From Pseudomonadota bacterium (GTDB lineage: Bacteria; Pseudomonadota; Gammaproteobacteria; Burkholderiales; Methylophilaceae): a DNA stretch of 52,848 nucleotides. Position numbers and translations under genes: made by a program. The stretch covers positions 32,956 to 85,803 of the forward strand of contig JAZKDM010000007.1 of NCBI GenBank assembly GCA_040387535.1, written 5' to 3'. Shown here one piece after another: positions 19,302 through 28,908 of the stretch (position 1 is the first letter of the stretch; every line of letters begins with the position of its first letter). The notes under the pieces were generated by a model. That model ran no database searches and was not told the origin of the DNA. It saw only the letters and a program-made list of their open reading frames with translations.

Positions 19302-21041
19302 ATGAATCAACCTAAATTATTAATTTCGCTTTACTGGCATATGCACCAGCCAGATTACCGCGATTCAATCTCTGGTGAGTATGTATTGCCGTGGACTTAT
19401 TTGCATGCCATTAAAGATTATTCTGATATGGCTTACCACTTGGAGATGAATCCAAAAGCTAAAGTCAGCTTTAACTTTGTGCCAATTTTATTGGACCAAT
19501 TAGAAGATTACACCCATCAATTTAAATCTAATCGCGTAAAAGACCCGATTCTTAAGTTATTGAGCACCAATGATTTATGGGTGATAACACTTGAAGAGCG
19601 CCGATTAATTAAAGACAGTTGCTTCAAAAGCTATCACGAAAAAATGCTTAAGCCGTTCCCCGATTACGACCGGCTGCATAAGATGTTTGAGTTTTTAACA
19701 GAAGATGGTCGCGACGATTTAATCTATTTATCTGGCCAGTATTTGTCCGATTTATTAGTGTGGTACCACTTGGCTTGGATGGGCGAGAGTGTGCGCCAAA
19801 ACAATGCACTAGTGCAAAAGCTGATGAGCAAAGGTAAGCAATTTACCAATGAAGACCGTTTGGCTTTGTTTGATTTAGTGGGTGAGTTAATTGCTAATTT
19901 AATTCCGCGCTACAAAAAATTGGCAGAAACAGGCCAAATTGAAATATCAAGCACGCCGCATTACCATCCTATTTTGCCCTTGCTGGTCGATTTTGAAACC
20001 ACGCATGACGCCATGAGCAATGCTATTTTGCCGAAAACGCCAAAATACCCAGGTGGTGTTGAGCGTGCGATTGATCATTTAAAAGATGCAACAACATCGC
20101 ACACACGTCGATTTGGTATGGCGCCAAAAGGCATGTGGCCATCTGAAGGCGCGGTTTCTAAAGAAAGCCTGTTGTTAATGGCTAATCAGGGCGTGCAATG
20201 GGCCGCTTCTGGTGAAGGTGTGCTGGCCAATAGCTTACGTAAATCCAGTCCTAAAAAAGCCTTACTATCACGCCACGATTATTTGTATAAGCCATATAAA
20301 GTTAGCAAAGGTGACGACTCTATTACCTGTTTCTTTAGAGATGACAGGCTTTCAGACAAGATTGGTTTTGAATACTCTAAATTGCACAGCAGTGAAGCGG
20401 TAAACGATTTTATTCAAACCCTAGAGCACATCTACAACACTTATCAGCGCCAAGAAAACCCTGTGGTGAGCGTGATTTTAGATGGCGAAAATGCGTGGGA
20501 ATATTATCCATATAACGGTCATTACTTCTTAACGGAGCTGTATGCCGCTTTGGCCAATCATCCTAATATTGAGATGGTGACGCAATCTGAAGTGCTGCAA
20601 GCGATTAAAGCGCCTGAAAAAAGCCCTTATAAAATCAACTGTGGCGTATTGCCAGAAATTTCAGCAGGTAGCTGGGTATATGGCAGCTTTAGTACTTGGA
20701 TTGGCAGCGTAGACAAAAATTATGGCTGGGATTTGTTGTGTGAAGCTAAAAAAGCCTACGATAAAGGCATGAAATCGAGCAAATTAACAGCAGCAGAAAA
20801 ACACCTGTGCGAACATCAGCTATCGGTTTGTGAAGGGTCTGATTGGTTTTGGTGGCTGGGGGATTACAACGCTGCCATGAGTGTGAGTAGCTTTGATCAA
20901 TTGTATCGCCGCAATTTAATGAACTTGTATCGCTTGCTTAAATTGCCGATTCCAGAGCATTTAAATGCGTCAATTAGCATGGGTGATAGCCAAGCCGCCA
21001 ATGATTCAAATAGCGGAACCATGCGTAGAGGGCAGGAATAA
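19302..21041 (+). CDS. Glycoside hydrolase family 57 (amylopullulanase-like)
   Basis: WHMHQP, PHYHPILPLL, WPSEG, ILDGENAWE, EGSDWFWW. Confidence 0.92.
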   Translation: MNQPKLLISLYWHMHQPDYRDSISGEYVLPWTYLHAIKDYSDMAYHLEMNPKAKVSFNFVPILLDQLEDYTHQFKSNRVKDPILKLLSTNDLWVITLEERRLIKDSCFKSYHEKMLKPFPDYDRLHKMFEFLTEDGRDDLIYLSGQYLSDLLVWYHLAWMGESVRQNNALVQKLMSKGKQFTNEDRLALFDLVGELIANLIPRYKKLAETGQIEISSTPHYHPILPLLVDFETTHDAMSNAILPKTPKYPGGVERAIDHLKDATTSHTRRFGMAPKGMWPSEGAVSKESLLLMANQGVQWAASGEGVLANSLRKSSPKKALLSRHDYLYKPYKVSKGDDSITCFFRDDRLSDKIGFEYSKLHSSEAVNDFIQTLEHIYNTYQRQENPVVSVILDGENAWEYYPYNGHYFLTELYAALANHPNIEMVTQSEVLQAIKAPEKSPYKINCGVLPEISAGSWVYGSFSTWIGSVDKNYGWDLLCEAKKAYDKGMKSSKLTAAEKHLCEHQLSVCEGSDWFWWLGDYNAAMSVSSFDQLYRRNLMNLYRLLKLPIPEHLNASISMGDSQAANDSNSGTMRRGQE

Positions 21042-21146
21042 TCGAATTAACAGCATAAAAAGATTAAGTTACAAATAGGCATTCATCAACTCTTTTGCTG
21101 CACCAAACAACTATAAAAAAATAACAAAGATGAAAATAGAAATAAG

Positions 21147-22613
21147 ATGAAAAAATCGCAGCAACGTAAAGCAGGTGTTTTATTACACATTAGTTCTTTG
21201 CCAGAGGGCACGATGGGCTTGCAGGCACAGCGGTTCGTTGATTTTTTAAGTGCTACAGGCGCAAGTGTGTGGCAGACTTTACCGCTGAATATGCCGCACA
21301 ATGATGGTTCTCCTTATCAGTGTTTAAGCGCGCACGCTGGTAATCCTGCGTTTATCGATTTGCAGCAATTAATTGAAGCTGGTTACATCAATGCGCTAGA
21401 TTTGCAGGGATACAACGCTGAGCCTACATTAGCGCAGCATCAAAAATTATTTGAAAAAGTATTTTGTGTTGCATCTCAACATAAAGACTCTGCTGATTAC
21501 ATCGCTTATAAAAAGTTTTGCAGAAAACACAGTCACTGGCTCAATGATTTCGCCTTATTTTTAGTATTACGTCAGCAATTTAATCAATCCAGTTGGAATG
21601 CTTGGCCAGTTGCTTTTAAAAAGCGCGATTTAGACACATTAAAGCTTGCTAAAAAGCAGCATGCACATGATATTGCTGTGATTAAATTTACGCAGTTTAT
21701 TTTCTTTAAGCAGTGGTGCGCTTTAAAAGCGTATGCAAATCAACATCATATTGCCATGTTTGGCGATATCCCCATTTTTGTAGCGTTCGATAGTGCCGAT
21801 GTGTGGGCCAACCCTGATTTATTTAAGCTGGATAAACATTGCAATATGACGGTTGTGGCAGGTGTGCCGCCTGATTACTTTTCAAGCACTGGTCAGCGCT
21901 GGGGCAACCCGCACTACAATTGGCGCGCCATGAAAAAAGAAGGCTTTAAATGGTGGCTGGCGCGTATGCGCACGCAAAATAGTATGTTCGATATGGTGCG
22001 TATTGACCACTTTAGAGGCTTGGAAGCAGCTTGGGAAATCCCTGCTACTGAAGATACGGCTATCAATGGCAAATGGCAGGTCGCGCCTGGTAACTTATTA
22101 CTAGCTTCAATCAAAAAACGTTTCAAAAAAATGTGTTTAGTGGCAGAAGACTTGGGCATTATTACCGATGAAGTGAATGCGTTGAGGCATGAATATAAAA
22201 TGCCGGGCATGAAAATTTTGCAATTTGCCTTTGGTGGCGGTGACGATAATTTATATTTGCCGCAAAATATTGAAGCCAATAGCGTGGTTTACACTGGTAC
22301 GCATGACAATGACACCACACTAGGCTGGTACCAACAGCTTGAAGAAAATGCAAAAAAACATTTGCACAGTGTGCTTAATACCGAAGAGCCTGATATGCCA
22401 AATGCCTTGATTGATATGGCTTTGGCAACAAAAGCCGATTTGGCCATTATCCCCATGCAAGATATTTTGGCGCTAGATAGTACCAATCGCATGAATACGC
22501 CGGGTACTTTAGGTGGTAATTGGGTTTGGCGTTTTGATTGGCAGGAGTTAAGCCCTGAACAGCAACAACATTTTGCCGATGCAGTGCAACACTCTGGGCG
22601 GCATGCCAACTAG
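21147..22613 (+). CDS. malQ: 4-alpha-glucanotransferase (amylomaltase, GH77)
   Basis: AGVLLHISSLP, GDIPIFV, GQRWGNP, RIDHFRG, AEDLG, GTHDNDT. Confidence 0.96.
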   Translation: MKKSQQRKAGVLLHISSLPEGTMGLQAQRFVDFLSATGASVWQTLPLNMPHNDGSPYQCLSAHAGNPAFIDLQQLIEAGYINALDLQGYNAEPTLAQHQKLFEKVFCVASQHKDSADYIAYKKFCRKHSHWLNDFALFLVLRQQFNQSSWNAWPVAFKKRDLDTLKLAKKQHAHDIAVIKFTQFIFFKQWCALKAYANQHHIAMFGDIPIFVAFDSADVWANPDLFKLDKHCNMTVVAGVPPDYFSSTGQRWGNPHYNWRAMKKEGFKWWLARMRTQNSMFDMVRIDHFRGLEAAWEIPATEDTAINGKWQVAPGNLLLASIKKRFKKMCLVAEDLGIITDEVNALRHEYKMPGMKILQFAFGGGDDNLYLPQNIEANSVVYTGTHDNDTTLGWYQQLEENAKKHLHSVLNTEEPDMPNALIDMALATKADLAIIPMQDILALDSTNRMNTPGTLGGNWVWRFDWQELSPEQQQHFADAVQHSGRHAN

Positions 22614-22615
22614 CG

Positions 22616-23566
22616 ATGAGCTTACTGATAGGCATTGATGTTGGTGGCACTAACTTACGTTTAGGCGTGGTTAAATCTAGCGTTGGCGCATTGCAATTGG
22701 TAGAAGAAATGCGCTTTAGGGCCGATTTTTCACAGATGTGCAAAGGGCATTCGCCAGAAATAGCTTGGCAAACCATTTTAAATACCACTGCCGAAGCAAT
22801 TCAAAAAGTGCGTCAGCAATACGCCGATATCAGCGCTGTAGGCATTGGGTTTCCTGGGTTTATTGACCCGCATACACAAAAAATAGCGCAATCACCCAAT
22901 TTGCCAGGCTTAAAAGAGGTGGATTTAAGTGCCGATTTGAGCCAAATTATTCAGTTGCCAGTAGTAGTAGAAAATGACGCGCTTGCTGCCGCTTATGGTG
23001 AATATGCCAATCTACACTTTATGCAGCCAACCAATTTAATTTATCTGGGTTTAGGCACAGGTGTTGGTGGTGGGCTTATTTTAAACGGCCAAGCGTTTCA
23101 GGGTGACCACGGCGTTGCCATGGAAGTAGGGCATATCATCGTACAAGCCAATGGCAGGCCGTGTGGCTGCGGTAATGCAGGTTGCATGGAGCAATACGCA
23201 TCAGCCAGCGGCGTTGCTAAAACTTATTTTGAAGGCTCTAATCAGCAACTGCACGCCAACGAAATTGCAGCGCTTGCCAACCAAGGCAATCAAATGGCAC
23301 TAGATGCGTATGCCCTTGCTGGAAAATCGTTAGCGCAAGCCTTGGCGCACACCTTAAAAGTGATTGACGTGAAAAAAATTGTGATTGGTGGCGGTATGAG
23401 CGCGGCTTGGCCTTTAATGCAAGCCGCTTTTCAGCAGCAACTGACGCAAGATTTAATTCCTGTACTACGTGGTAAGTTAACGATTGCCATTTCTAGCATG
23501 GGTGATCAAGCGGGTATTATTGGCGCGGCCATGTTGGCGCAACAAAAAATCCGCACCTTAATTTAG
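22616..23566 (+). CDS. ROK family sugar kinase (probable glucokinase)
   Basis: GIDVGGT, ENDA, GTGVGGG, EVGH, CGCGNAGCME; no N-terminal HTH. Confidence 0.88.
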   Translation: MSLLIGIDVGGTNLRLGVVKSSVGALQLVEEMRFRADFSQMCKGHSPEIAWQTILNTTAEAIQKVRQQYADISAVGIGFPGFIDPHTQKIAQSPNLPGLKEVDLSADLSQIIQLPVVVENDALAAAYGEYANLHFMQPTNLIYLGLGTGVGGGLILNGQAFQGDHGVAMEVGHIIVQANGRPCGCGNAGCMEQYASASGVAKTYFEGSNQQLHANEIAALANQGNQMALDAYALAGKSLAQALAHTLKVIDVKKIVIGGGMSAAWPLMQAAFQQQLTQDLIPVLRGKLTIAISSMGDQAGIIGAAMLAQQKIRTLI

Positions 23567-23609
23567 CGCTCTGTTAACACTTGGAATCTAGCCCTCAGTT
23601 AACACATGG
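23564..23609. repeat. Imperfect 21-bp direct repeat of the modC 3' end
   Basis: TAGCGCTCTGTTAACACTTGG (23564-23584) versus TAGCCCTCAGTTAACACATGG (23589-23609), 18/21 identical. Confidence 0.7.
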
Positions 23610-24232
23610 CCATTCTGAATATAAACAATATCACTGGTTAACTGCGTAATTTCGTCCTTGCTGTGACTAACATACAACATTGGAATGTTGATGTTTTCTG
23701 CCACCAATTTTAAATAAGGCAGAATCTGCTGCTTTAGTTTGTCATCTAATGAAGCCAGTGGCTCATCTAGCATCAATAATTTGGGTGAGCTCAATAATGC
23801 GCGACCAAGCGCCACGCGTTGTTTTTCGCCGCCAGAGAGTTGATGCGGCTGCTGTTTTTTTAATGCATCTAAGGCCAACAATTGCATGATATCTACAGGC
23901 TTAATAGGCTGCTTTTGATGGGCATTTAATTTATAAGCATAGGTTAAATTCTGCTCCACAGTCATATGTGGGAAAAGCCTACCATCTTGAAACACCAAAC
24001 CCACTCTGCGTTGATGAATTGGTTTGTTAACGCCTAATTTGCTATCAAATACACATTCGCCGTCAATGCTAATGGTGCCGCTATCAGGCTGAGCAATACC
24101 TGCAATCATGCTTAATAAAGTACTTTTTCCAGAACCAGAAGGGCCAAATATAGCCGTTACGCGCTTGTTTATTTGTAACGACACATCTAAATTAAAGTGT
24201 TTGCGTTGCAGTTTGGCTTCAATTTCAATCAT
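23588..24232 (-). CDS. modC: Molybdate ABC transporter ATP-binding protein (short form, no TOBE domain)
   Basis: GPSGSGKS, VFQDGRLFPH, LSGGEKQRVA, LMLDEPL; ATG at 24232 overlaps the modB stop. Confidence 0.9.
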   Translation of the reverse strand: MIEIEAKLQRKHFNLDVSLQINKRVTAIFGPSGSGKSTLLSMIAGIAQPDSGTISIDGECVFDSKLGVNKPIHQRRVGLVFQDGRLFPHMTVEQNLTYAYKLNAHQKQPIKPVDIMQLLALDALKKQQPHQLSGGEKQRVALGRALLSSPKLLMLDEPLASLDDKLKQQILPYLKLVAENINIPMLYVSHSKDEITQLTSDIVYIQNGHVLTEG

Positions 24233-24938
24233 GCGGCTGGCGTCCAATTTTTTGATTGGCCTTGCGTTCTAAGCGGTCGCTTAGCATTAATGCGCCTAGC
24301 GCTAATATCATGCTTAAAATAACCAAGCGCATAGCCGGCCAATCGCCATTGGGGATCTGCGTATAACTATAAATGGCCAATGGCAGGGTGCGCGTTTCGT
24401 TTTCAATATTACCAACAAACGTAATGGTCGCGCCAAATTCGCCCAAGCTGCGACTAAACGCTAATATCAAGCCGGTGATAACGCCTGGCATGGCCAGCGG
24501 CAAAGTGATGGTAAAAAATACTTTAAGCGGATGTGCACCAAGCGATTGCGCGGCAATTTCTAAGTTACGGTCTACTTGCGAGATGGCTAAACGGGTAGAG
24601 CGTACCATTAATGGAAACGCCATGACGGCAGATGCGACAACGGCGCCCATCCAAGTAAAGGCAAGGCTAAAGCCAAAATAAGTATGCAGATGCTTGCCAA
24701 TTAGCCCTTGATTGCCCAACAATAACAACAGCAAAAAGCCTGGCACCACTGGCGGCAAAACCAAGGGTAAATGCACCAAGCTATCTAATAGCGATTTCCC
24801 CCAAAAGGATTTTCTGGCTAATAGCCAAGATACGGCAATGCCGGGAATAAGGATGATGAGCACGCACAAAAGTGCCACTTTGAGTGATAGCCAGACAATC
24901 GCTAGCTCCTCTGGTGTAAAGTTAAATAGTGCTTGCAT
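24225..24938 (-). CDS. modB: Molybdate ABC transporter permease
   Basis: LPLVLPPVVPG, FSRSLGEFGATITF, TRTLPLAIY. Confidence 0.95.
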   Translation of the reverse strand: MQALFNFTPEELAIVWLSLKVALLCVLIILIPGIAVSWLLARKSFWGKSLLDSLVHLPLVLPPVVPGFLLLLLLGNQGLIGKHLHTYFGFSLAFTWMGAVVASAVMAFPLMVRSTRLAISQVDRNLEIAAQSLGAHPLKVFFTITLPLAMPGVITGLILAFSRSLGEFGATITFVGNIENETRTLPLAIYSYTQIPNGDWPAMRLVILSMILALGALMLSDRLERKANQKIGRQPHD

Positions 24939-24944
24939 GCGATA

Positions 24945-25718
24945 TTATTTTAAAAATTGAAAGCCATATTTGGTAAAGACAGCCTTTGCCGGTTCTGATT
25001 TTAAATAGTTGTAAAACGGCATAGTGTTTGAGTTGGCATTTATGGTTAAGCTTATTGGGTAAACAATCGCGTCATGGCTGTTTTTATCAAACACCATTAC
25101 GGTTTCTACTTTATCCGAAACTTTGGCATCTGTCGCGTATACAATGCCTGCCGCACATTCGCCACGTTCCACATTAACCAAGGCCGCACGCACATCTTGC
25201 GTACCCACGATCCTCGATTTAATTGCATCCCACCAGCCAAGCGATTTTAATGCTTGTTTTGCGTAAATGCCTACGGGTACCGATTCTGTTTCGCCAGTGC
25301 AAAGCTTTCCTTCAAAAGCATTGGCAAAATTAAAGCCTTTATCTGCATTGATTTTAAAGCCTTTGCCTTTGGGGGCGATTAAAACCAGATGATTGCCCAG
25401 TAAATTAGCGGTGGTTGCATTCTTAAGTACATTTTTCTCTTTTAAATACTGCATCCATTTAGTGTCAGCGGATATAAAAATATCGGCTGGCGCGCCGTTT
25501 TCAATTTGTTTCGCTAATGTAGATGAAGAGGCAAAAGAGGTTTGTATTTCAACGCCTTTTTCTTTTTCATAGATAGCCGCAATTTCTGTAATGGCATCCG
25601 TTAAGCTAGCCGCGGCAAAAACCACTATTTTCTTATCTGGCTCAGCAGCGCTTAAATGAACAGTAAAGCTTAATAGTATCAGTAAAAAAAATCGGTTAAA
25701 TTGATGGTTAAGTTTCAT
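24945..25718 (-). CDS. modA: Molybdate ABC transporter periplasmic binding protein
   Basis: Signal peptide, VFAAASL, FASSSTLAKQI, VPVGIYA, GIVYATDA. Confidence 0.95.
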   Translation of the reverse strand: MKLNHQFNRFFLLILLSFTVHLSAAEPDKKIVVFAAASLTDAITEIAAIYEKEKGVEIQTSFASSSTLAKQIENGAPADIFISADTKWMQYLKEKNVLKNATTANLLGNHLVLIAPKGKGFKINADKGFNFANAFEGKLCTGETESVPVGIYAKQALKSLGWWDAIKSRIVGTQDVRAALVNVERGECAAGIVYATDAKVSDKVETVMVFDKNSHDAIVYPISLTINANSNTMPFYNYLKSEPAKAVFTKYGFQFLK

Positions 25719-25741
25719 TATTAATTCCAATATTAGATTAA

Positions 25742-27313
25742 CTAAAATGCACTGACTAGAAATTCTACATACAGATAATCAGAATCATCGCGGCGCGTAG
25801 GGTCGTTTGCATTGCTGGCAATACCCACTGCGCGCTTGGTAAAGTCACCTGCCCAAAAATGGGCGTAACCAACGCTGGCGTTAATGTAGGAATTAATGGC
25901 AAAACGCGCATTAATATCAATATCTGAGCCTATCTTGTCACCACTTTTTCCAGTTCTATCTCTTAATGCAGCAGGTCCCCAGCTATCGGTGTCGCTTTCT
26001 AAGCTGTAATTGCTATAACCAATATCAACTTTAAGATTTTTAACCAGTGTTACTTTGGGTTCAAATTCAAGACGTATTTTTGGTGTGCGAATATTGGCCA
26101 TTTCAAAATAATCGGTATTTGACCAAGGTCTGGCAAAGCCAAATAAACGTTCAAAGCGCTGATTTTTGTTGTCATTTGGATTTTTGTCACCAGTAGCTAA
26201 ACCATAAAATGCACTTAATCTTGGTTTCCAAGCATGATTAAACGTATAGCCAATCTCTGCGTTGTAGCCGTATGCCTCATGCTCAACTTTTGTCCGATTG
26301 CTTAAGCTGGTATCTTGCTCGCCCCATTGTTGTACATAGTTGGCATCATAATCCCAGCCTGTTTTGCCCAATACGCCATAAGCCCGCAAGCCTGCGCTAT
26401 GAATGGTACGGTCTATTTTTCGACTACTAATGGTTTCATCTCTACCATTTAAATCATACTTCACTTTGTCGCCATCTTGCTTTAGCAGATAGTAGTAAGG
26501 CTGCAAGGTAACAATTTCTGACCATTTGCGCCAATCACCTATAGCACCATAAAACTGCTGTGAATCGTTACGCTGATCAAGTTGTCGGTCAAAACGTTGT
26601 ACTGGATTCAACGCAAACATTTCTAATTGCCAATCATTTTTTTGTTGGCCTATGATGGTGCGCACGCCTTGAAAGTTATTGGTGGTATTGCGATACTCAT
26701 TACGCGCGATTAGCCGTTTGTCGGTTTTTTCAAAGGCATGTCGACCCGCTTTAATACTGATAGGGCGTTCATTGCCTAAATCATCTTGCCCAAGCAGTGT
26801 TTCTTTAAAAAATAACTCTAAATAAGCTTGAATCGGCTCCGCATAATTGACATCACGCGTGTCAAAATCCCTTGAATACTGGCTATGATTGCGTCGCGCA
26901 TCTTCTACTTCTAAAGTAAAACGTAGCGGGTCAAGAATATCTTTTACAGCAATATAGCCACGCGTCCTCAATAATATTGGCTCATCAATCGCCTCTTGTG
27001 AACGTCTAAAATCGTTGTGCCTAAATTCATAGCGCATGCGGTAATCCAGCCCAATATCAAGCCAGTCAATGTCATTAAATGCTTCGTTATTTTTTAACCA
27101 AGTTTTATTTAGTTGCTTTACGTATCTTGGGGGGGCAGTTTGCAAACTCGTGCCATAACTTTTACGTTCAATGTAATAAGAAGTTTTAACCCCATCATCG
27201 GCATGCGCCATTTGATGGTCTATGCCAAATATTAGGACAGAAATAATAAGTCTATAAATTGTTGGCTGGTGAAATGTGGGTTGCTGTCTTTTCAGCTTGG
27301 ATTTTCTTTGCAT
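25742..27313 (-). CDS. Alginate export (AlgE) family outer-membrane beta-barrel protein
   Basis: Signal-like N-terminus ending AHA, amphipathic beta strands (GLDYRMRYE, KAGRH, RNTTNNFQG, GLATGD), aromatic C-terminus YLYVEFLVSAF. Confidence 0.78.
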   Translation of the reverse strand: MQRKSKLKRQQPTFHQPTIYRLIISVLIFGIDHQMAHADDGVKTSYYIERKSYGTSLQTAPPRYVKQLNKTWLKNNEAFNDIDWLDIGLDYRMRYEFRHNDFRRSQEAIDEPILLRTRGYIAVKDILDPLRFTLEVEDARRNHSQYSRDFDTRDVNYAEPIQAYLELFFKETLLGQDDLGNERPISIKAGRHAFEKTDKRLIARNEYRNTTNNFQGVRTIIGQQKNDWQLEMFALNPVQRFDRQLDQRNDSQQFYGAIGDWRKWSEIVTLQPYYYLLKQDGDKVKYDLNGRDETISSRKIDRTIHSAGLRAYGVLGKTGWDYDANYVQQWGEQDTSLSNRTKVEHEAYGYNAEIGYTFNHAWKPRLSAFYGLATGDKNPNDNKNQRFERLFGFARPWSNTDYFEMANIRTPKIRLEFEPKVTLVKNLKVDIGYSNYSLESDTDSWGPAALRDRTGKSGDKIGSDIDINARFAINSYINASVGYAHFWAGDFTKRAVGIASNANDPTRRDDSDYLYVEFLVSAF

Positions 27314-27353
27314 TTTATTTTTGAAAATAGTTTTGTTTCTGCATTAAATCATA

Positions 27354-27387
27354 AATATCGCTATATTCAAATGGATATAGCGATATT
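27354..27387. promoter_or_regulatory. ModE-binding box
   Basis: AATATCGCTATAT-TCAAATGG-ATATAGCGATATT with perfect 13-bp arms, matching the ModE consensus ATCGnTATAT-N8-ATATAnCGAT; 40 bp upstream of the AlgE-modABC operon. Confidence 0.9.
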
Positions 27388-27417
27388 GTTGATAATCAGT
27401 ATTTATAGCATTTAAGA

Positions 27418-27768
27418 TTATTCAGATTTTTTTAGATTAGAAAGAATTTGATTAAGCTCAAGTTGAGTATTGAGATAAGTTTTAGAAACTAATTCTCTAT
27501 AGCTTGACAATATTAATCGTCCAAAGTCTGTAAGCTTTGCGCCGCCGCCATGTTGCCCGCCTGGGGCACTGATGACTAAAGGCTCACTAAAACTTTTATT
27601 AATAACATCCACCAAATCCCAAGCCCTTTTGTAAGACATTTGCATTTGTTTGGCAGCGGCAGAAATAGAGCCACATGCATCAATTGCATCTAGTAAATCC
27701 GCTTTGCCAGGGCCCATTGCAATGGTATTGCCCTGTTTAATTCTAATTTGTAGTGGTTTTTGGTTCAT
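27418..27768 (-). CDS. modE: ModE family regulator, short (winged-helix only) form
   Basis: AMGPGKADLLDAIDACGSISAAAKQMQMSYKRAW...GGQHGGGAKLTDFG; 116 aa from ATG 27768; start overlaps the queG 3' end. Confidence 0.88.
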   Translation of the reverse strand: MNQKPLQIRIKQGNTIAMGPGKADLLDAIDACGSISAAAKQMQMSYKRAWDLVDVINKSFSEPLVISAPGGQHGGGAKLTDFGRLILSSYRELVSKTYLNTQLELNQILSNLKKSE

Positions 27769-28870
27769 GTTTAAGATTATGTAGTTTTGATTTAACTTTG
27801 TGCTGCTGTAAAGCCCAAGCCACATGCTCGCGGACGATTTCACTCGCATCGTTTTCACGCGCCTTTAATGCTTGGATAATGGCTGGTGTGCTAGCGGCAT
27901 TACCCAAACCTACCGCAATATTGCGCAACCACTGCGCATAGCCAATTCGGTAAATAGCGCTGCCGGCCATTTTTTGCTTAAACACATCTTCAGTCCACTC
28001 AAAGCATTCTACTAAGCTAATATCATCTAAACCATTTTTAACCGAAAAATCAGGCTCTTGGGTGATTTCTGCAAATTTGTTCCAAGGGCAGGTGAGTTGG
28101 CAATCGTCACAGCCATACACGCGGTTACCGATTAATGGCCTGAATTCAACAGGGATGCTGGATTTAAGCTCAATTGTCAGATAAGAAATGCAGCGTCGCG
28201 CGTCCACTTCGTAAGGCGCGGTAATGGCTTGAGTAGGGCAGATATCGATACAGCTGGTGCAAGTGCCGCAGTGATTGGTGGCGGGTTCATCCGTCATCAA
28301 GGGCAGGTTGGTATAGATTTCACCTAAAAAGAACCAAGAGCCGCGATTTTTATTCAGCAACAAGGTATGTTTGCCGCGCCAGCCTAAACCAGCTTTTTCG
28401 GCTAGTGCCACTTCTAACACAGGCGCGCTATCGGTAAATACGCGATAGCTAAAATCCTCAAAATGCCGCTTTGATAATTCCAGCTGAATCTTCTCACTCA
28501 GCTTTTGCAGTTTATTGCGCATCACCTTGTGATAATCGCGCCCAAGCGCGTAACGTGAGATAAAAGCTTTTTCGCTGTCATCCATAATGGTTTCGCTATG
28601 TGCTGCATTAGGCGGTAAATAATCCAGCCTTGCAGAGATAACGCGAATGGTATTTGGCACTAATTCGGCAGGGCGGGTTCGCTTCACTCCATGTTTTGCC
28701 ATATAATCCATCTCACCATGAAAACCTTTAGCAACCCACGCTTGGTGTTCGCTTTCGGCTGCTTGCAAATTGGTATCAGTAATGCCAATTTGATTAAAGC
28801 CCAGCGCCAACCCCCAACTTTTTATGTCGGCGGAAAGCTTTACCCAGTCGTTGGTTAAATTTGATTGCAT
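27743..28870 (-). CDS. queG: Epoxyqueuosine reductase
   Basis: SRYALGRDYH, DSAPVLE, CGTCTSCIDICPT, RCISYLTIE, YGCDDCQLTCPWN. Confidence 0.96.
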   Translation of the reverse strand: MQSNLTNDWVKLSADIKSWGLALGFNQIGITDTNLQAAESEHQAWVAKGFHGEMDYMAKHGVKRTRPAELVPNTIRVISARLDYLPPNAAHSETIMDDSEKAFISRYALGRDYHKVMRNKLQKLSEKIQLELSKRHFEDFSYRVFTDSAPVLEVALAEKAGLGWRGKHTLLLNKNRGSWFFLGEIYTNLPLMTDEPATNHCGTCTSCIDICPTQAITAPYEVDARRCISYLTIELKSSIPVEFRPLIGNRVYGCDDCQLTCPWNKFAEITQEPDFSVKNGLDDISLVECFEWTEDVFKQKMAGSAIYRIGYAQWLRNIAVGLGNAASTPAIIQALKARENDASEIVREHVAWALQQHKVKSKLHNLKHEPKTTTN

Positions 28871-28908
28871 AGGTGGATGATATTACACTTGCTCAAAATA
28901 ATACTGTG

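Noticed and set aside
27769-27858. Longer modE start at 27858
   Set aside because: It lies deep within queG and adds non-homologous residues; ATG 27768 fits the family.
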